DNA from: Eledone cirrhosa
Lineage: Eukaryota
Reading direction: 5' to 3'
Assembly: GCA_964016885.1 (NCBI GenBank)
Contig: OZ024743.1
Span: 249,798,001-249,862,000, forward strand
Length of the DNA: 64,000 bases
Below, piece after piece: positions 56,591 to 64,000 of the stretch (the stretch's first letter is position 1; the number at the start of each line of letters is the position of its first letter). Under the pieces are notes generated by a model. It saw nothing but the letters and a program-made list of their open reading frames with translations, ran no database searches and had not been told where the DNA came from. The position numbers and the translations under genes were made by a program.

Positions 56591-56902
56591 TATATATATA
56601 TATATATATATATATTGCAGTAACAGAACTGCTTCAGCATGGTCACAGTCTAATGACTGACAACAGTAACAGAAAGAATGAGTACATTGTGAAATTGTGT
56701 AAAAAGGCTGATGAAAATTTTATGGAAATGAGGTTTTGTTTTGTTATTCTTTTATTTTAATCAGGACGAAAAGTAGAAAAGTTAAAATTATTTCCTAAGA
56801 AAGAAGTTAAAAAGGAAATTCTTTTGAAGAAGGAAAGAAGAAATAGATAAGGATGAGGGGATAAAGAGGGCGGAACAAAGAGAAAGAGACAGACAGGTAG
56901 AA

Positions 56903-56908
56903 AAAGGG

Positions 56909-56945
<37 letters not shown>

Positions 56946-57039
56946 AAGGGATATATATTAGAGAGAGAGAGAGAGAGAAAGGGATATATATATATAGAGA
57001 GAGAGAAAGGGATATATATATATATAGAGAGAGAAAGGG

Positions 57040-57072
<33 letters not shown>

Positions 57073-57362
57073 AAGGGATATATATATATAGAGAGAGAGA
57101 AAGGGATATATATATAGAGAGAGAGAGGGAGAAAGGGATATATATATATAGAGAGAGAGAGAGATAAAGGGATATATATATATATATATAGAGAGAGAGA
57201 AAGGGATATATATATATAGAGAGAGAGAGAGAGAAAGGGATAGATATATATATATATAGAGAGAGAAAGGGATATATAGAGAGAGAGAAAGAGAGAAAGA
57301 TATATATATATATAGAGAGAGAGAGAGAAAGGGATATATATATATACATATATATATATATA
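56903..57362. repeat. Higher-order microsatellite [(GA)n-AAGG-GA-(TA)n], unit about 30 bp
   Basis: About 14 visible iterations of variable length. Confidence 0.9.
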
Positions 57363-58299
57363 GAGTGAGAAGGAGAAGGGGAGAGGGGGAAGGGGGAGAA
57401 AGAGAAGGACAAAGGAAGAAGGGGGAGAAAGAGAAGGAGAGAGGAGGAAGGGAAGAGAAAGAGTGAACTTGGAGAAAATGAAAAAAAGTTAATCAGATTT
57501 TATTAACGAACTTGAATTTCTAAAAGGAAAAAAAAAAGATAATATAAAGAAAATCTAACTGAAAAGGAGATCTTTATTTCGGCTTACACATACATACACA
57601 TACATACACATACAGATATATGCCGATATACACACACTCTAATAATAATAGTTTCTATATTTGGAACAAGACAAGCAATTTGAAAGGAAGGGGAAAGTCG
57701 ATTAAAGCAACCTCAGTGCATTACTGGTACTTTATTTTATTGACTCTGTAGGGGAAGAAAGGTAAAACTAACTTCAATGTACTTTGAACGCAAAACTTCA
57801 AGTGGTGTAACTATATGCTGCAAAGCATATAGTACAATACACAACCGATACTGCCATTCCATTGCCCTCGCCCTAATAATAATAATAATAACAATAATAA
57901 TAATAATAATAATTGTTCTACTTTTGGCACAAGGCCAGTAATTACCCCAGTGCATTATTGGTGCTTTATTTTATCGACCCCGTAAGGATGAAAAGCAAAG
58001 CTAATCTCAGTAGGATTTGAATTCAGATCATAAAGGGCCGTAACTCTTGCTGCAAAGCATGGTGTCCGACACTCTACTGATACTGCCAATCCACAAATAA
58101 TAATGATAATAATAATAATAATAATTGTTTCTACTTTTGGCACAAGGCCAGAAACACCCCAGTGCATTATTGGGGCTTTATTTTATCAACCTCGTAAGGG
58201 TGAAAGCCAAGTTAACCTGGACAGATTTGAGCTCAGAACGTAAAGGGCCATAATTCTATGCTGCAAAGCATGGTGTCTGATGTTCTACCGATACTGCAA

Positions 58300-58850
58300 A
58301 AAAGTGATTCACTGGCATTTATGCAAACTAAATAATTTACCACATTCTGGGAAGTGGTATGAGCATAAGCCAGAGCCGGTGATAAAAAATGATTGAGTGA
58401 AGGTGTTATGGGATTTCAGGATACAGACAGACAAGAAATTAGAACACAATAGGTCTGACCTGGTGGTTTTCGACAAAGAAAAAAGATTATGCCTGATTGT
58501 AGATGTAGACTGCTCCATTGACACGAGAGTGCAAGAAAAGGAGAAGAAGAAAATTAACCGATACCAGGATTTAAGTGGGAGTTAAAAAGGGTTTGGGACT
58601 GTCATGAGATCAAGGTCGTACCGATTGTCATAGGAGCACTAGGTACTATCTTGAAGAATTTTCAAGGATGGTTAAAGAACATTAGTCCAGCTGCCTTTTT
58701 TGGAACACTTCAAAAGGCATGCTTGCTGGGAACAGCAAGAACCCTCCAATAAGTCCTGAATATCTGAGGCTGCAGGTAATGGCTCGATGTTCATTTGAAC
58801 AAACTTTCCAGTTAAATAACATCAATGACTGAGCCTCAAAGAAAAATAAT
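58300..58850 (+). mobile_element. R4/Dong LINE 3' end (restriction-like endonuclease domain)
   Basis: IHWHLCK...WYEHKP...VLWDFRIQTDKKLEHNRSDLVV...EKEKKKINRYQDL, VPIVIGALG, then a TAA-type tail. Confidence 0.85.
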
Positions 58851-60339
58851 GATAATAATTGTTTCTACTTTTGGCACAAGGCCAGCAATTATTCCAGTGT
58901 ATTACTGGTACTTTATTTTATCGACCCCGTAAGGATGAAAGGCAAAGTTAACCTCGGCGGGAATGATTTCTGATTTAGGCACAAGGCCAATAATTATTTG
59001 GGAAGGAGAAAGTCAATTAAATCGACCCAGTGCATTACTGGTGCTTTATTTTATCGATCCTGTAAAGATGAAAGATAAAGTTAACCTCAGTGAGATTTGA
59101 ACTCAGACCGTAAAGAGCCGTAACTCTATGATGCAAAGCAAGGTGTCCTATGATCTACTATTACTGCCAATCGACTGCCCATAATAATAATAATAATAAT
59201 GATAACAATAATAATAACAATAATAGTAATAATAATTGTTTCCTATATAGGCACAAGGCCAGCAATTTTGGGGGGAGGGGAAAGTCGATTAAATCGACCC
59301 CAGTGCGTGACTGGTACTTTATTTTATCGACCCCGTAAGGATGAAAGGCGGGTTCTAGTATAGGCACAAAGCCAGTAATTTGTGGGGATGGGAAAGTTGA
59401 TTAAATCAACGTCAGTATGTTACTGATGCTTTATTTTATTGAGCCTATGAGGTTGAAAGGTAAAGTTGACCTTGATGAGATGTGAACACGGAATGTAAAG
59501 AGCCAGAACAAATACTGCAAAGTATTTTGTTTGATGCTCCATACTGCCTGTCATCATAAGATCACATGATTTTAACAATATTAGAAGGAAGACTGAGAAG
59601 ACTTCAACAGGATTTGAACTCAGAATGTGAGAGGTTCAACAAGACATTTTATTGGCTGCTCTACCATCCCTTCCCCTCTATAGGCATAAAGTGAAGAATT
59701 TAAGGTGAATGGTGAGTAGATTAAATAGCCCAACTACTTGACTGGTAGGTGCAAAATTGGCAGAATCATTAGACCATGAGACGGAGTGCTTTAAAGTATT
59801 CAGTTTGGCTCTCTGTGCTCTAAGTTCAAATCCTGCCATGGTCAACTTTATCTTTCATCTTTTCAAGGTCAATAAAAAGAATACCAGTTCAGTCGTGGGA
59901 ATTGATTCTTCCTCTACATCACTTTCTCCTAAAAGGTTTGCTAAACACACAAACTGAAATCACTTGGCATCGCGGTCGAGATTATATCTATCTCTATACC
60001 CACTCTGCATCTCCCCATGCATAGAGTACTCCCATGATTAGTGGGATCTTTGGTTTTAGCACTGAAGCAAGATTGGTCAGATGACTGTGTCTTGCTCATA
60101 TAGAACTGTTTCTGGCAGGTTTTCTAAGGGCATCCAGACGTAGAAAACCTGCCAGAAACAGCTCTATATGAGCGAGACACGGTCACCTGACCAATCTTGC
60201 TTCCAGTGGGACAAACCCATCCAACCCATGCTAGCGTGGAAGATGGACTTAAACGATGATGATGATGATGATTATATATATATATATTTATATATATGTA
60301 TATATATATATCATATGTATAGGTATATATCCATATATG

Positions 60340-60730
60340 TATGTTGGTATCACAAAAGAGCACCCAGCCCACACTGTAAAGTGGTTGTGTAGGTGTCACG
60401 ACAAAAAGCACTCAGACCACATTCTAAAGGGGTTGTGTAGGTGTCACCACTAAAAGCACTCAGTCCACACAGTAAAGTGTTCATGTAAGAGTCAAGACAA
60501 AAAAGAATCCAGCCCACACTATAAAGTGGTCATGTAGGTGGCATAACAAAAAACACCCACCACACACTGTAAATGTGGTTGGCATTAGGAAGGGCATCCA
60601 GCCATAGAAATCTAGCCAGAAACAGTTGTACATGAGCAAGACATGGTCACCTGACCTGACTTGCTTCTAATGAGAGAACCCATCTAACCCATACTAGCAT
60701 GGAAAATGGATGTTAAACGATGATGGTGAT
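60340..60730 (+). mobile_element. RTE 3' UTR copy with about 5 internal ~45-bp tandem units, plus adjacent inverted fragments (60065-60270, 60740-60830)
   Basis: Repeated aaaagcacccagcccacactgtaaagtggttgtgtaggtgtcac-like units. Confidence 0.75.
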
Positions 60731-61371
60731 GATATATATATCATCATCATCGTTTAACGTCTATCTTCCATGTTAGCATGGGTTTAGACGGGAATTGTCC
60801 CACTAGAGGCAAGATTGGTTGTCTTGCTCGTATATATATATATATGTTTGTGCGTTTATGTATGTATCCATAGATGAATATATTCTGGGCATTATAATCT
60901 CTATAACTATACAAATTCATGTGTACATATCAATGTTTGTGTAAGATCACGTGAATGTGTATGCTTATGTTGATATAACATTAACACTAGTAGTCCATGT
61001 ATAACAAAGAAAACAAAAACAAAATCATATATGTCTTCCTATTTACAGATGTGAAATAAAATATTATTCATCTTGATTTGACATCATAAATAACATATTC
61101 TTAAACATATTTTGCTATATAGACATTATTTTCATAGGTGTATTTGTCTCTCTCTCTGTATTTGTATATAGATATATAGATATATATATACATATACATA
61201 TATACATATACATATATATACACCTATATATATATGCACACACACATATATATATCTATATATACACTTATAAATACACACACACATATATATATATATA
61301 TACACACATATATATATATACACACATATATATATATATACACATATATGTACACACATATACATATATAC

Positions 61372-61440
<69 letters not shown>

Positions 61441-61452
61441 TATATATATATG

Positions 61453-61529
<77 letters not shown>

Positions 61530-61987
61530 AGGTTGCTGGTGATAGCAATTTTATCACTCAATTCATTTATGTGAAATAGATATTTGGTATATATATGTGC
61601 AAATTCATACTGTCATTCATTTGTTCCTGAAGTAAGCTGCAGAGTGTTTATATCGAGATTGAAGATTCAATTCATCATATTTTATTTGTATTCACATGTA
61701 ATACACACTCTCTAATCTTCATAGCATTTGATGGGCAAACTAAGCTAGAGTTGAGCTGCACATTATGGAACTATTACACAACTGCATGTAGTTTAAAGCT
61801 GTTCATTTGTGAAACATGTTATGCATGATTACAAATATAAGTGCCATATATATATATATACATACACACATAGAGAGTCTTCCAAAAAATGTATACACAC
61901 TTCCACAGGATTCTAATAAATATTGCCTATACAGGTAATCAAAGTGTGTATACATTTTTTGTATATATGTATATATGTTTATTCTTT

Positions 61988-62058
<71 letters not shown>

Positions 62059-62089
62059 ATGTATGTATATACATATGTGTGTATATATA

Positions 62090-63398
62090 CAGGGTGTGGA
62101 TGATATTTGTTTGCAATTTTCAACTGCTAACTTTATGCAAATTTTGTTTACTTCCGTTGTCACTCTTGTCTTCATAAAAAGAGTGACTATATTTCGATTA
62201 TTTATTTTCAGAATAATTGATTATGAATAATTTTGAACCTCTAAATTTGTGGAAGAGACACGGAGTTCTTCTTGGAATCCGTGCCGGGAGAACAAATAAG
62301 GAAATTTCAGACTTTCTCAGCGTCAACAGGAGAATGGTGGAAAAGGTCAGAAAGGAATTGGAAGATTCAGTATTCGACTATGAAGCAACATCAGAGAGGA
62401 AAACACATGATCGACGATCTGAGGTATTCAGAACACCCGAGTTCGTTGCTGAAGTTCAGGATATCATCAACAATGAACCTAGCAAGTTGATGCGTGCCAT
62501 TGCAAGGGAGAAAGGCGTGGATGAAAATCTCATTAGGCTGGTGGTACATGAAGACATTCGCTACATTTCATACAAGATGAGAAAAGGACAATTTCTGTCA
62601 AAGGTGATGCAGGAAAAGCGACTGAAGCATGCAAAGAAGCTGATCAACAAGTTGAAACACCTACTGGAGCCAGACATGCTGTGGTTTTTCTCCGACGAGA
62701 AAAATTTCTGCCAAGACCAGAAGATCAACTCCCAGAACAACAGGTGGCTCACTGTCTCATCCAAAGACATGCTCAGAGTCATGCAGACAAAGTTTCCAGT
62801 GACAACATTGGTCTTAGGTGTCATCAGCAGTGAAGGTGACGTCATGCCACCTCACTTCTTCCCTGAGGGCCTCAAGCTGAACACCGATGACTACATCCGC
62901 ATTCTGGGTGAGGTAGTAAAGCCCTGGATCGACCAGGTGGCTGCAGGTAGGCCGTACGTGTGGCAGCAAGACTCAGCGTCCTGCCATACCAGCCGAAAGA
63001 CCCAAGCCAGGCTGTCAGAGAACGTCGTCAACCACACTTCACCTGACAACTGGCCTCCCAACTCCCCTGACTGCAACCCCCTCGACTTCTTTGTGTGGGG
63101 CGCAGTGGAATGAGACACCAACAGATCTAGCTGCAATACGAAAGACGATCTGAAGGCCAGGATCACAAGTGCCTTTAGGGGCCTAAGTCGGGGGACAGTG
63201 ACGGGGACGGCCTGTAGCCAGTTCCGAGGCCGCCTTGAGGCCATCATCAAAGCCAATGGCGGGTTTATCAAGTGAGATCGAAAGAACAAGTCATGAAGAC
63301 AAACTGACCCAAGTTTGATAAATATATCTTAAAAAATAAAACTACTGTGTTATTTTTCCTAGACAGTAATCTTGCGAACAAATATTGTCCGCACCCAG
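62090..63398 (+). mobile_element. DD37D (maT) Tc1/mariner transposon with TIRs and TA flanks; transposase 62223-63275 with one premature stop
   Basis: TA|CAGGGTGTGGATGATATTTGTTTGCAA and TTGCGAACAAATATTGTCCGCACCCAG|TA. Motifs WFFSDEK and WQQD-37 aa-D (SPDCNPLD). After TGA 63111-63113 the frame continues to GRLEAIIKANGGFIK*. Confidence 0.95.
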
Positions 63399-63417
63399 TA
63401 CATTTATATATAATGTC

Positions 63418-63460
<43 letters not shown>

Positions 63461-63821
63461 CTATGACATATATGTGTGTCTGTGTGTATGTGCATATATG
63501 TGTCTACATTGAGTATATAGAGCCTATGCATGTGAAGATCGGGTTTTAATAATGAAGCAATTATATTTCAATTAAATCACTAATGTTCTCCAAACAAAAT
63601 ATATGTATAAAATATATATATACAAATACAGGATCTCACTTATTGATTTGAGAATTTAGTTTCCTAATGAGAAATAAATTAAATGTTTATTTAATTAGGA
63701 AAAGATTGTTATAATATAATTGTATCTTCTTTACTCTATTAATTCAAATCTTTATTGAAGTATATCTTTTATGTTTTAAAAACGAATAATATTGATAAAA
63801 GATGTGACACATTTTTCTTTT

Positions 63822-63953
<132 letters not shown>

Positions 63954-64000
63954 ATATATATTATATATATATATATATTATATATATATATATATTATAT

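Overview
AT-rich, repeat-saturated animal genomic DNA. The SINE, LINE and microsatellite content and one exon motif suggest an octopus or other coleoid cephalopod (inference). Most listed ORFs are translations of (TA)n/(CA)n microsatellites and are not genes. The only host coding sequence I can support is on the minus strand: a 120-nt exon with a protocadherin-type cytoplasmic motif (SGETGASDSGRGGSEED, 243-362) and a phase-compatible upstream exon at about 35.4-35.8 kb with a possible alternative C-terminus. The rest looks intronic. It holds RTE LINEs, R4/Dong LINE fragments in (TAA)n, tRNA-derived SINEs, a near-intact DD37D (maT) and a decayed Tc1/mariner transposon, TTAA-flanked MITEs, a 93-copy 51-bp satellite, and a near-full-length Penelope-like element with an inverted pseudo-LTR. 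The most notable signal is many hammerhead-ribozyme (HHR) motifs from several short element families. They mostly sit in fold-back palindromes within (TA)n, show stem covariation and have family-specific inversion points. All folds were read by eye, and no searches were run.
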